Shown here: positions 16,816-29,417 of the stretch, in pieces
How the letters are laid out: every line of letters starts with the position of its first letter
Position numbering within the stretch: position 1 is the first letter of the stretch
Assembly (NCBI RefSeq): GCF_964213995.1
Contig: NC_135801.1
Location: 175,894,001 to 175,958,000 of the forward strand
Length of the DNA: 64,000 nucleotides
DNA from: Mustelus asterias
Lineage: Eukaryota
Direction: 5' to 3'
Translations under genes and position numbers: made by a program
Notes under the pieces: generated by a model
Told to the model about the DNA's origin: nothing
The model's database searches: none
What the model saw: the letters and a program-made list of their open reading frames with translations, nothing else

Positions 16816-18112
16816 TTAATGTATGGGATGGAGGGGATTGTCCTCTGAGGGATGATAAAATAGACCTTCATTATCTGGAGTTTAGAAGAATGAGAGGTGA
16901 TCTACATGCAAAATTCTTACAGGTTTCCACAGCATACAAACAGGAAGGGTGTTTTCCCTGGATGGAGTCTAGAACCAGAGGACAGTCTCAGAATAAGGGG
17001 TCTTAGTTTAAGTTTAAGTTATTCAAGACTGAGATCAGTAGATTTCTACGTATTAAAAACTTCTGGTGATTTGGGGATAGTGCAGGGAAATGGTGTTAAA
17101 TTAGAAGATCAGCCATCAGCTGAAAAGCGGAGCGGGCTTAAAGGGCTGACTGGCCTAATTCCCCGCTCCTATTTCTTAGGTCTTTGGCAGTCACCAATGG
17201 TGGAGTGATCATATTCAGGGATCCGCCAACATATGTCTTGAAATAAACAAATGGGCTGTGCGAATGGGAACTGCAGGAAATACTGGGAAACCATATGTAA
17301 TGAAGATCCCTCAGTATTCTCTATGAACGGTATGCTTTGTCGGTATAGCGCGCAAGGAAGAATACTTTTCACTGTATGTTAATATAGTTGACAATAATAA
17401 ATCAAATCAAAATCAAAATTGGGTCTATTGCTCCAGACTGGCATGTTGGTTTGCATCAGGACATCTTCCCAGGAGTTCCCCATGAATAACAGTTCCCTTC
17501 CTGGGAAATGTCAGTGTCCAGTTGAAAGGAAAACCTTCCTCATTTTTATTACAGACATTCATGGTTCTCTCAACTCCACATGGAAGTTAGAACGCTTTCC
17601 CCAGCATCTCAACCGGGGTTTGTAGGGGATTTTAAAAATAAACTAAATAACTCAAAACACAGTTCAATAAACATCTTGCACCTGACGTGGGCTGATCACT
17701 AAATAAACACAGCAGTTTTTTTTTACAGCAGCAACAACAATAGCAAAAAAACAACACAATTTAAAAAAATTAAAGGCAGAAAATGCTGGAAATCCTCAGC
17801 GAGGTAGGCAGAATCAGGGGGGAAAAAGAGAGTTAACATTTATCAGAAAACTGGGGGGAAAATCAATAAATACAGAGGCAGATTCAGATTGCGGGGGGAT
17901 TCAGAGAAACAAACCTGTCCTGTAAAGAGTTCTCTGGCAAGGTTTGAGTTAGAATTGGGACATTTTAGGCCAGGCCATCCGTTCAGTAACCGTTTGCTAG
18001 TTAAATTGAATATTTAAGACCAGCCCTGTTTATCAGTCAGATGTATTCAGTGGGGAGAACAGGCCCAGTCTATCTCTCAGACCAGGTTGAGGCAATTTAC
18101 ATTTTTTCTTAC

Positions 18113-18220
18113 CATTACTATTCGCTTTCTTGTTGCGGCCAGTGTTCCGGCGCCTGTTCGGAGGATTTCTGCGGCGTCTTGTAGTTGGAGGCGGGGAAGT
18201 GACTTTCTCTCTCTCTGGAA
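18113..18220 (-). CDS. CD8B: CD8 beta-like, exon 3 (stalk VPEREKVTSPPPTTRRRRNPPNRRRNTGRNKKANSN)
   Basis: TTTCAG acceptor and GTAAGA donor, 108 nt, phase 1-1; Pro/Thr- and Arg-rich hinge. Confidence 0.82.
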
Positions 18221-18748
18221 CTGAAATGAACAGAGTTTGGTGAGCATTTTCTTTCCAGATGTGACATCCAAAGCGCCTTCTGACAAGGAGAAGCGGGCAA
18301 TTCGCAAATGGCAATGCGGATTGTTTATATCAGACCTATAAGACATCACTCGTTTATCACAATCAGCTTTGTTAGACTTGAGGAGGGTGCTAACTTTCTC
18401 TAAGAATCCACCGCCAGCAACTAGAACAGTATTAACAAAGACAACCTTTTAAAAAGTGGACACAGAACATTAGGTTAAACCGGTATAATCTGAAAAAAAG
18501 TTCTATAAATATTATTCTTTTTGCAAGTGAGCAAATATTTACAGAACATGGGTATCTGAAATCACAACTGGGCCCGTGTCCCTTAAGCTGAACCTGTCCT
18601 TATATTTATTTTCTTAACTTCTGATGAAAGGCCATCGATTTTAAATTTTGTTTTCTCTCCAGCGATGCTGCCTGACCTGCAATATTTGTAAAACGGTTCT
18701 ACTTATTTTGGTTATGTTACAGTTGACAATATTCGAACATCTCCTTAC

Positions 18749-19096
18749 CCACGGTCAGCACACTTCCAGCCCCAAAGTACAGACGTGGAGTGTCCATCAT
18801 CAGACAGTAGTAGGTCCCATTGTCGGTGAGCCTCAAGTCCTTAATCGTTAAACTGAATGTCAGTCGAAAGGCATCCCTGTTCAAAACGAACCGCCCAGTT
18901 ATTCCATCTCCCTGCGCCTGCTTATTCAGGACGCTGGCCGATTTCACAAAATGCGTCGTCTGGTTGCGTTCGACTTTGTACCAAAAAACTTGCTCGAGTG
19001 AGGCTCCTTTCAAATCACAAGAGAGTTCGACCTTCTCGTCTTTGGCCGCCAGTATTTCCCTCGGAGTCTGGACTAAGACTGGCTGTGGGTAGGCAC
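18749..19096 (-). CDS. CD8B: CD8 beta-like, exon 2 (Ig V-set domain with joined J-like segment)
   Basis: CAG acceptor and GTAAGG donor, 348 nt, phase 1-1. Translation: SAYPQPVLVQTPREILAAKDEKVELSCDLKGASLEQVFWYK...RDAFRLTFSLTIKDLRLTDNGTYYCLMMDTPRLYFGAGSVLTV. It has the Cys-Trp-Cys core, DxGxYYC and FGxG. LVQTP, RDA and CLMMDTPRLYFGAG resemble mammalian CD8B (LQQTP, RDAS, CMIVGSPELTFGKG). No RSS seen. Confidence 0.88.
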
Positions 19097-19522
19097 CTGG
19101 TCAGACAGTGTTGATTTTAAAAAAAACATTGACATTAGTTTTTGTCATTCCCTTTCCCGGGTAAGCATATACAAATTCGTTCATAACTTTCAAAAACACC
19201 CTTAAAAAGCAGTTAAAGAAGTTTATTTATTGGTCACAAGTAAGGCTTAGATTAACACTGCAATAAAGTTACTGTGAAATTCCCCTCGCAAACATTTACA
19301 GGAGGAGTGGGGGAGGGGGAGAACGAGGGGTATAATGGGGTAATTCTTTCGAAGAGCAGGCACTGGTACGATAGGCCGAATGGCCCCTTTCTCTGCTGTG
19401 TAACTTTATGATTCCAGAGTCGAGCCTGACACTCATCCCCTGTCTAAGCGCTGCTCAAAACTCCCTCCAATAAGTAATACTATAACAATGTTAATATAGC
19501 TTTTTCACACAGTGCAACTTAC

Positions 19523-19568
19523 TTTGTATCCAGCAGCCCAGAATACAGATATATCCAAGAAGCTTCAT
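19523..19568 (-). CDS. CD8B: CD8 beta-like, exon 1 (signal peptide MKLLGYICILGCWIQ)
   Basis: ATG at 19568, 15 codons of mostly hydrophobic residues plus 1 nt, then a GTAAGT donor (phase 1) that fits the V exon. Confidence 0.85.
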
Positions 19569-19639
19569 GTTTAAGCTGTTTGCTGAAGGCCCGGGGAGGA
19601 GGTTGTGCTTTGAGAGAGAAACCAGTCGCCTCTAAGAGT

Positions 19640-19725
19640 AACCCAGGTGGTTCCCTGCCACTCGGCACCACTCAGCTGCTGGCTGAACGGCGCGTCATTC
19701 TCACACCCCTTCTATGCAAATATCA
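19640..19725 (-). promoter_or_regulatory. Putative CD8B proximal promoter motif cluster (octamer, CRE half-site, E-boxes)
   Basis: ATGCAAAT at 19714-19721 (ATTTGCAT in gene sense), TGACG half-site near 19693-19697, CAGCTG at 19673-19678 and CAGGTG at 19644-19649, all within about 150 bp upstream of the ATG. Confidence 0.5.
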
Positions 19726-22141
19726 CTGACAAACTCAAATCTGGACAGCGGGTTCCAGGCTCCACAACCACCCCAGGACAATAGTCAGTATTCCACACTT
19801 AACACTTCCATATGTCAACATGCCATTGGCAGACATTTAAGGAACATGAAATAGCTAAATATCATCGGTTCCATCATTGGAGAGTCATGTCACAGACACT
19901 CCAGTCTCATCACAGAGCACATATAAACTAGGCGGAGGAGTATGCAATTTAGCCCATACGACCATGGCTGATCCTAAATGTCTTATATTTATTTACAAAA
20001 ACATTTCCGGCATAATTAATTAATAACATAGTTAGGTGCATTGACCCGAACAGGCGCCGGACTGTGGCGACTAGGGGAATTTCACAGTAACTTCATTGAA
20101 GTGTTAATGCAAGCCTTACATGTGACTAATAAATAACAAATAAACTTTAAACTTCATGTTGTCCAAGCACATGCTTGTATCGGTCAACACTAGGATATCT
20201 CATTCCAACACACACTGTAGATGTTGGAAACCTGCACTGTAAACTGGAAAGGCTGCTGCCAATATTCAGCATGTCACCTCTCCCCGCATGCTGCCTGACC
20301 TGCCGACTGTTTCAATTCCGTTACTCTGACAGATGTCAAATTTGGACTATTCTGTGATCCTTTGAGAATTCAGAGGAAACACTTTGGAAGGATTCAGAGA
20401 AGAAGCAAGAGCTGGGGCGTAGCAGATCAGGAAAAATAGAGCCGGGGAAGTCAGACATCAGGCATTGTGTTCTTCACTGTGCAATATATCCAAAATATTT
20501 CAAATAACATACAGGAATGATATAAACAAAGCAAGTTGCTCAACTCGCACTGTGACAGCATCAACTGAGAGCTAGAAACTCGAAAACGAAGACACTCTCT
20601 GTGAGATAAACGGGAATAAAGGTTTTTTGTGAGATGGAATCATGAAGTGTATTGAGTTAAATTAATTCCTGCGGTAGGCACAGCCGCTGGAGGTGTTCAG
20701 TTAAACGGTGCATTCCCAGTTTAGTGAGAGTGTACCCATTTGTGTCAAATCTTTCACGTGTAGTCAGCTATAATCAAACGCTTCAAGAAACATTAGAAGA
20801 ACGTTCATCTGAAAGGGGTCACAATGGATTTGGGGGTGGATAATTATTTCGAATGCTACTTTAAGGTTTAGAGAGGTGCAGAAGGTCCTCTGAGGAAATG
20901 GGTGGAATCCAGGATAGTGCGGATTGTACACAGCTTGTGCAAAGACAGTGTTTGATACATCTAACTGTCTCTTATCATTCCTAACCTTTCTGAACACGAG
21001 ATTTAAATCAAACAGCATTTCAGAATGTCTATTTAATCTGACTTTCTACATTACATTTTGTCAATTACTCTTGGCGCCCTGTTCACTAAACTCCATCAGA
21101 TTACACACAATATCCCCCAATGTGTATTTGTGCTCGGAAAGATCTCCCAATGTTCAGCATCAACCATCAGCCTTAACTGCTTCATCTGGGAAAGCATTCC
21201 GTATGCACACAACTGGAACAGGAATCACCTTCATCTCAAGTCTACTGTGAGGCGTGTTTAGTTTATACCCGAAGCACTAAACAGTACAGGAACATAAGAA
21301 TTAGGGGCAATTCAGCCCTTTCATGCCCGCTCTCGATGATCATGGCTCATCTCCATCTCATCCTAACTCCACCTCCCTGCCATTTCTCCACAGTCCTTTA
21401 GCCCGCTTTTGATCAGGTCATATTATATTAAAATATGACAATTTAATAAACGCGCGGGGTTAACAGGAGCAGGCCATTCGGCCCTTCGAGGCTGCTCCGC
21501 CATTCACTATGATCATGGTGCTATGACTATGTGCCGCAAGCTCTCTTTGTTATCTCAATAAACTGCATTTACCACGTCTCTCTTCTCACGGATATATTAT
21601 ACCACTTTGCAGGACCGTACTCCGCATGTGTGCGTTGATTCATTAAACTTTAATTATTCTGCATCTTCCTTACTCCGGATTTAATCGATGAACAAGTTCT
21701 AGTGGAAAATGGTCTCTCTGCTACAAAGAAAGGGTTTTTACACACGCACTTACTCTCAGAATGTCCTACAGTGAGTTATAAAAACCTAACTTACCAAGAC
21801 AAGCACATTGCCAAGAAAAGCTCAGTTACCGTTTCTCAGTCATTTACATTATTGTAAGCGCGCTGACTTTAAAAAAAATGCTTCAAGTTTCAAATGATAT
21901 CCAGATTTCTGTCAGCATGTCTCTGGTGTTTGACTGAACCAGGCGCTGATATGTTCCATCCTGGAACACTCGGCAGAAAACACTGATGTGCTGCAATGTT
22001 TAATCCTAATGTCGCTTCATAAATATTGAACACATCAATAGCCGTATTATCAGATTGCATTTCCAACATTTTCTTGCAGAAAGTTCAGGTGAAATAAAAT
22101 GTAACCACGCAAGGCGTCCAAAAAAGGCAAGGGTTTATCAA

Positions 22142-23015
22142 GTCATGGAGTCATAGAGGTTTACAGCGTGGGAACAGGCCCTTCGGCCCTACTTATCCAT
22201 GCCCCCTTTTTTTTTACCACTTAGCTAGTCCCAATCGCCCGCGTTTTACCCATATCCCTCTATACCCATCTTACCCATGTAACTGTCTAAACACTTTTTA
22301 AAAGACAAAATTGTACCCGCCTCTAATACTACCTCTGGCAGCTTGTTCCAGACACTCACCATGCTCTGTGTGAAATAATTGCCCCTCTGGACCCGTTTGT
22401 ATCTCTCCCCTCTCACCTTAAACCTATGCCCTCTAGTTTTAGACTCCCCTACCTTTGGGAAAAGATGTTGACTATCTAACTGATCTATGCCCCCCATTAT
22501 TTTATAGGCCTCTATAAGGTCACCCCTCAGCCTCCTATGCTCCAGGGAAAAAAGTCCCAGTCTATCCAGCCTCTCCTTATAACTCAAACCATTAAGTGCT
22601 GGTAGCATCCTAGTAAATCTTTTCTGCACTCTTTCCAGTTTAATAATATCCTTTCTATAATAGGGTGACCAGAACTATACACAGTATTCCAAGTGTGGTC
22701 TTATCAATGTCTTGTACAACTTCAACAAAACGTCCCACCTCCTGAATTCAATGTTCTGACCAATGAAACCAAGCATGCCGAATGCCTTCTTCATCACCCA
22801 TCCACCTGTGACTCCACTTTCAAGGAGTTATGAACCTGTACCCCTAAATCTCTTTGTTTTATAACTCTCCCCAATGCCCTACCATTACCCGAGTAATTCC
22901 AGCCCTGGTATGATCTACCAACATGTATCACCTCGCATTTACCTAAATTAAACTCCATCTGCCATTCATCAGCCCACTGGCCCGTTGCAATCCTAGATAA
23001 CCTTCTTCACTGTCC
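22142..23015 (-). mobile_element. CR1 LINE 3' fragment
   Basis: QKRFTRMLP...RLRGDLIE ORF at 22246-22629 and CR1-type 3'UTR. Confidence 0.9.
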
Positions 23016-23214
23016 AAGTGTTCTGATTCTCTTCATTGCAGCCGGTTTCTGGTCAATAAAGATTCTGGCGTAATTGTTACAATCTGTCACATGATGGGTG
23101 GCATGTCACTCAGTTGTTTATTGTGCATTTGATTTTATGTAGGATTTACTGCACATAGTAATGTTAATGTTCCACATGAGGCACATCCTTTTATTCTTTC
23201 CACCCTATGTACTT

Positions 23215-23529
23215 ATAGAATCACAGAATCCCTTCAATGGAGAAGGAGGCCATTCAGCCCATCAACAACATGCACTGACAACAATTCCACAGACGGCCTA
23301 TCCCCAGAACCCCACATGTTTACCCTGCTCATCCTCTTAACACTAAAGGGCAATTTATCATGGCCAATCAACCTAATCTGTGCATCTTTGGAGTGTGGGA
23401 GGAAACCGGAGCACCTGGAGGAAACCCACGCAGACACGGGGAAACATACAAACTCCACACAGACAGTGACCTGAGGCCGGAATTGAACCCAGGTCCCTGG
23501 CGCTAACCACTGTGCCAACCTGTCACCCT
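23215..23529 (-). mobile_element. HE1-type SINE, tail A
   Basis: Matches the other copies. Confidence 0.85.
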
Positions 23530-24580
23530 AGCTATCCTTTGAAAACATCAATGCTTCAGCTCAACTACTCCACATGGTATGACATTCCAACCACTCTCTG
23601 GATAAAGGCATCTCTCCTGAAGTGCTGATAGCATTTATTAGGGACTGCCTTATATTTATGGTCTCTATTGTTGACTCCACACAAGTGGAAACATTCTTTC
23701 CATTTCTACCCTATCAAACTCTCCCTAATTTGAAACACCTCCACTAGATTTTCCCTTAACCTTCTCCTTTCTAGAGAAAAGAATGCCAGCCTGTGAAATC
23801 TTTCCATTTAGTTACAACCTCATCGTCTGTGTTTGTTGTACATTTCTTAATTTATAGAACTGATTCTGATAGCTCTAGGTACCCGTTTAACTGAATTATT
23901 TACAGATAATCAAAGTTTTAAAAAATTGAACTTTTAAAATATTTCTTCAGGGGATCTGGGCATCACTGACAAGAGCGACATTTATTGTTCACCTCTAATT
24001 GCCCAACTGCCAGAGTAAATGATCAGATACCCCAATCAGGATGATGGTGGTGTAATGGTAAAGTCACTGTCTAGTAATCCAATGGCCTGGGTTAATGCTC
24101 TGGTGGAATTTAAATTCAATTAATAAATCAGGAACTGAAAGCCAGTTAACAGTGACCGTGAATCTATCATTTTAAAAATTCATTCATGGAACACGGGCAT
24201 CGCTGGTTGGTCAGCATTCGTTGCTCATCCCTAGTTGCCCCTTGGAGGGCGGTTGAGAGTCAATCACCTTGCTGTGATTCTGGAGTCACATGTAGGACAG
24301 ACCAGGTAAGGACGGCAGATTTCCTTCCCTAAAGGACATTAGTGAGCCAGATGGATTTTTCCTGACAATTGACAATGGTTTCATGGTCATCAGTAGATTC
24401 TTAATTCCAGATTTTTTTTATTGAATTCAAATTCTACCATCTGCCATGCTGGGATTCGAACCCGGCTCACCAGAACATTAGCTGAGTTTCTGGATTAATA
24501 GTCTAGCGATAATATCACTAGACCATTGCCTCCCTCCATTGGTCATCATAAAACTCCACCTGGGTTCATTAATGTCCTTT

Positions 24581-24836
24581 AAGTTAAGTTTATTTATTAT
24601 TGTCACAAGTAGGCTTACATTAACACTGCAATGAAGTTACTATGAAAATTACCCAGTCGCCACACTCCAGCGCCTGTTCAGGTACACTGAGAGAGAATTT
24701 AACATGGCCAATGCACCTAATCAGCATGTCTTTACGACTCTGGGAGGAAGCCCATGCAGACACAGGGAAACGCGCAGACTCCATACAGTCACCCGGGTCC
24801 CTGGTGCCGTGCGGCAGCAGTTCTAACCACTGTGCC
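24581..24836 (-). mobile_element. HE1-type SINE, tail B
   Basis: Matches the other copies. Confidence 0.85.
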
Positions 24837-25317
24837 AGAAGGACATCTGCCGTTCTTATCTGTCTGGCCCACATGTGACTCCAAACCTGCAGCAATGTGG
24901 TTGACTCTGAACTGCCCCCTCTAAAAGCAAGTTCAGTTCATGGGCAAATAGGGATGTGCAACAAATGCTGACCTTGCTAGTGATGCCCACATCCCATGGA
25001 CAAAAAAACCAAAACGCAGTGTGTATTTGCTGCCTTTGAGACAATGTTATATCACTCATGTGTACAACATCAGTGTGTGTGGATCGCTTCCCCCGGAGGA
25101 ATGTTCCCAGCAACACAAACATTTGAAAGCCACAAGTAATTATTTACATCCTCCTTCAAAAGCCACTCATCTCGGGGATGCCAGGAATTTATCCCAGACT
25201 GCTGGGATTGGCTGTTGTTCCACCTTCTACTCTCTGAGGTTACCCAAAACTCTGTTGCCCCTGTCTCAGCTCAGAAGAAGCCCGGTTTCCCCACACGCCG
25301 CTGCGATTGCTGACATA

Positions 25318-25669
25318 GTAAGAAGTTTAACAACATCAGGTTAAAGTCCAACAGGTTTATTTGGTAGCAAATGCCACTAGCTTTCGGAGCGCTGCCCCTT
25401 CGTCAGGTGGAGTGGAGAAATGCTCACAAACAGGGCATACAGAGACACAAACTCAATTTACAGAATAATGATTGGAATGCAGTCTTTACAGATAATCAAG
25501 TCTGAAAGGTACAAACAATGTGAGTGGAGAGAGCATTAAGCACAGGTTAAAGAGATGCATATTGTCTCCAGACAGGACAGCCAGTGAGATTCTGCAAGTC
25601 CAGGCAAGCTGTGGGGGTTACAGATAGTGTGACATGAACCCAAGATCCCGGTTGTGGCATCTCCACATC
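25318..25669 (-). mobile_element. Penelope-like element 3' end (ORF C-terminus NRDLGFMSHYL*, pLTR, hammerhead)
   Basis: 12-bp duplication ATTGCTGACATA (25306-25317 and 25670-25681); GIY-YIG-type C-terminal peptide. Confidence 0.8.
25374..25410 (-). ncRNA. Minimal type-I hammerhead ribozyme motif
   Basis: CCAC-CUGACGA-AGGGGC AGC GCUCC-GAAA-GC-UA-GUGG: conserved core, stem II, stem I CCAC/GUGG, palindromic mini stem III. Confidence 0.65.
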
Positions 25670-25932
25670 ATTGCTGACATACACATGTTGCCATTAGGCA
25701 CTATACTGATTTAAAAACACTCACCCTTTGTTTTGAAATCCCTCAATGGCCGAGCTCCAACTATCCCTGTTACTTCTCCAGCCCCACAACCCTCCACGAT
25801 AACCCTCTCCTCATTCTGGCCTCTTGTGCACTCTCACATTTAATCGCTCCAGCTTAGGTGGCTGCACCTTCAGGGCTCATAGCCTTAAGCTCTGGAATCC
25901 CTTCCCGAGACCTCCCTGCCTCTCTATCAAGA

Positions 25933-25981
25933 TACCCCAAAACTCTGCTTACCCCAGTCCAACGCCGGCATCTCCACATCA
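25933..25981 (+). mobile_element. Penelope-like tail-only insertion
   Basis: TCTCTATCAAGA duplication (25921-25932 and 25982-25993). Confidence 0.75.
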
Positions 25982-27103
25982 TCTCTATCAAGACACATTG
26001 TTTAAAAAAAAACTAACTCTTCGACCAAGCTCATGGCCGTTTACATTAACATACAATTTAATGTCAAATTGTGTTTTAGAATGTTTCTGTGAAGGGCCCT
26101 GGGATGTTAAAGGCGCTATATAAATGCATGATTGAGGCTGAAAAGAACATTTTAGGGAGGAATTAGGAAGAATTCCAGCCCAGAGATAAAAGTCAAAATT
26201 CCCACATTGTATAACAAGGCCTGTCATTTTGAGAGGAGTTTAGATTATATCAAAGTGAATATAATTAAACGAGTTCGACACTCGTTTTAAAAGACATTTT
26301 AAAAGTTTAAAAAGCCTAAAACGTTTATTTATTAGTCACAAGTAGTCTTACATTAACATTGCAATGACGTTACTGTGAAAATCCATATATTATTTATATG
26401 TATAGTATGCATCTCAACATCCATAAATCTAAAAGTAGAACAAAAATAAACTCTACCTTCAAATATCATCTTGCTATTTCACCCCACTCCCCCCGCCTTT
26501 ATAAAAATACATTTTGTTCCAGGGACTCTGAAATTATGAAAACTCTCAGGGAGCGACCAAATAAAGCGACCATTAAACAGATGAAACCAGCAGGCGGTGA
26601 ATTGTTCTGGCGGCGCGGTTGTTAGCAGCTTCAGTTTTAAGGTTTTTATTCAGAACAAGGGATTGAGAAAACGGAACCATCGGGACTGTGTTTTGGGGAG
26701 CAGCTTTATGGATTCCCATTGCAATTACCTGTTCAAAGCAAGGCCGCGGACATTACATTGTTCAAGTAAGTGACGGTGATGGGAGCTTGTGTTCCAGTTA
26801 CAGAGACAATGTCACGTTGCTTGTGGCGAGGGAACAGCCACATGCAGAGATGGACAATTCACTTCAGCATCTCCACATTTGATTAAATGTCGGATTCACC
26901 AATTTTCAATCCCCCCCTTGCCTAATAACATACACACGCGATCTACTTGAATTCCAGGTCTCAATTCCCGGGGGGTTGTGGGGAGGTGGAATAAGTCCAG
27001 GGGCATCCTAACTGATGAAAGACTAAACTCCCTGGGAAAGCAGCCCGATCGAGAAAGACCCAATAATGAGTAAAGAATGTGAAAATCCTATTTTATGTAG
27101 AGG

Positions 27104-27400
27104 AGTGGCACAGTGGTACAGTGGTTGGCATGGCTGCTTCACAGCGCCAGGGACGCAGGTTCGATTCACGGCTTGCGGAGTCTGCACGTTCTCCCCGTGT
27201 CTGCGTGGGTTTCCTCCGGGTGCTCCGGTTTCCTCCCACAGTCCGAAAGACGTGCTGGTTAAGTGCATTGGCCATGCTAAATTCTCCTTCAGTGTACCGA
27301 ACAGGCGCCAGAGTGTGGCGACTAGGGGATTTTCACAGTAACTTCATTGCAGTGTTAATGTAAACCTACTTGTGACAATAATAAATAAACTTAAAACTTC
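27104..27400 (+). mobile_element. HE1-type SINE, tail B
   Basis: Matches the other copies. Confidence 0.85.
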
Positions 27401-28592
27401 AACTTTAGGAGTGGGAAGTTTTGCATTTAAACATTTCCCATGTTTAAAATGTTTCTTTAGTGACGAACTCATTTAATTATACTCAATTTACTATAACCTA
27501 CACTCCTCTCAGAATGACAGGTCTTGTGGAATTTACAAGTTGACTTCTGATCAAGGTACAGGCGGTGCACATTTTTTGAAACATAGCCTGTAGTATAATT
27601 CACCGAAATTGTAACGGCTTCCTTTTCTCTTTTATTTGATTGAAGGGGTTTTAACTTTCTCCCAAGCCGCAAGCAGCGTGGGTGAGTGGCACAGAGAACA
27701 CAAAGTGGGTGCAGGGAGCGGTAAATTGAGGTAACTTCGGAATATGTTGAAGCATAAATGCCTCGAAGCGGGCAATAAAACATTTCACACCGCACAGATA
27801 AACATTGCTATCCTGTAACACCAATGTGCATGATACCCTCCAACGCTGCGAATTAAAGATCATTTAAACCTTGACAGACCCTCACAACACTGCTAACCTT
27901 CACAGCATCGAATCGTTGCAAGTGACCCGGGGCAATCTCGAAGGATGAATGGAGAGAGTGGAGAAGGATTTGTGTTTGTATTCGCGCCTTTCACTACCTC
28001 AGCACACTCCCCACATTCAAAGCTAATCGTGTACTTTTTTAAAAAACAGCACGATTTTAAATTAGGAGAATCATTAAGCCAAATATTGCTTTGGTAGAAA
28101 ATCTGGAAGGAAAGCGGGAACCCCGAGTGCTGAGTGTCTCTAGTATTTATAACCTATTAGTCGATTTGGAAGCAGCAACTCTCCCACAAAAACTAACGAC
28201 TGAGCAAATAATCTATGTTTTGTTAACGATTATCAATTCTGAGATGAATATTGGCCACAAAACCGAGGGGGGAGCTCCCCTCCCTAATTTGGATGATCCC
28301 ATGGAACCTTTCATCTGTGACTGAGGAGGGCAGACTGACTTCTCCTCAGCCGAGATAAGATACTTCCGATAGGACAGCATTCCCTCAGTACTGCACCCGA
28401 GTATCAGAAGACCAGATTATCTATTTACGGTGATCTGGCATATTGAAGATTCTAGCTTTTTTTTTGTTCTTGGTTTCTGCAGTTGAATTCACAAGAAAAT
28501 ATGTTCAGATATACAAAGTCTTTTGCATGTTTAGTTATTTGTAAATTTAGAAGGGAAGTGATAACTAATGGTACAATGAGGAATAGTGAAGT

Positions 28593-28937
28593 AGAAATCA
28601 TAGAAACCCTACAGTACAGAAAGAGGCCATTAGGCCCATCGAGTCTGCACCGACCACAATCCCACCCAGGCCCTACCCCCATATCCCTACATATTTTACC
28701 CACTAATCCCTCTAACCTATGCATCTCAGGACACTAAGGGGCAATTTTAGCATGGCCAATCAACCTAACCCACACATCTTTGGACTGTGGGAGGAAACCG
28801 GAGCACCCGGAGAAAACCCACACAGACACGAGGAGAATGTGCAAACTCCACACAGACAGCGACCCAAGCCAGGAATCGAACCCAGGTCCCTGGAGCTGTG
28901 AAGCAGGAGTGCGAACCACTGTGCTACCGTGCCGCCC
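28593..28937 (-). mobile_element. HE1-type SINE, tail A
   Basis: Matches the other copies. Confidence 0.9.
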
Positions 28938-29144
28938 TGGTGGGGAGATGAGGTTAAAGAGCTAAAGAGGAATGTGAATAAGGCTTAACAGGCAGCACAC
29001 TAGGAAATAGTAAAAGCTTTCATGAGCACATGGAGTGATAGAATGTTTGGAGAGAGGGTAGAACAAGGGAGAGGTGAGAGGGAGTGTGGTTTTGGAGGAT
29101 GGAGTTGTGATTGATGGTATGAAATAAGCATATTGAAATCCATT

Positions 29145-29417
29145 TCATAGAATCCCTACAGTGCAGGAGGAGGCCATTCAGCCCATCGAGTCTGCACCAA
29201 CCACATCCCACCCAGGCCTTATCCCCATAACCCCATGCATTTACCCTAGCTAGATTCCCTAACACTAAGGGGTAATTTAGCATGGCCAATCCACCTAACC
29301 CGCACATCTTTGGATTGTGGGAGGAAACCGGAGCACCCGGAGAACGTGCAGACCCCACACAAACAGTGATCCAAGCCAGGAAGCAGCAGTGCTAACCACT
29401 GTGCCACTGTGACGCCC
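29145..29417 (-). mobile_element. HE1-type SINE, tail A (internally deleted)
   Basis: Matches the other copies. Confidence 0.85.

Noticed and set aside
18717-19096. Rearranging TCR or Ig V segment
   Set aside because: The J-like FGAG is germline-joined, no heptamer-spacer-nonamer flanks it, and it splices to stalk, TM and tail exons with no C domain.
19508-19546. CACAGTG heptamer as an RSS (also CACTGTG near 20475 and 20548)
   Set aside because: No nonamer at 12 or 23 bp spacing.
20764-21830. Small minus-strand exons (acceptor near 20807, 21674-21720, donor near 21794) of a neighbouring gene
   Set aside because: Splice-like signals exist but I could not build a coherent recognisable reading frame; possibly non-coding.
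27469-27863. ORFs of 70-108 aa in unique DNA
   Set aside because: No recognisable domain or splice structure; most other short ORFs in the track are antisense frames of CR1 or SINEs.
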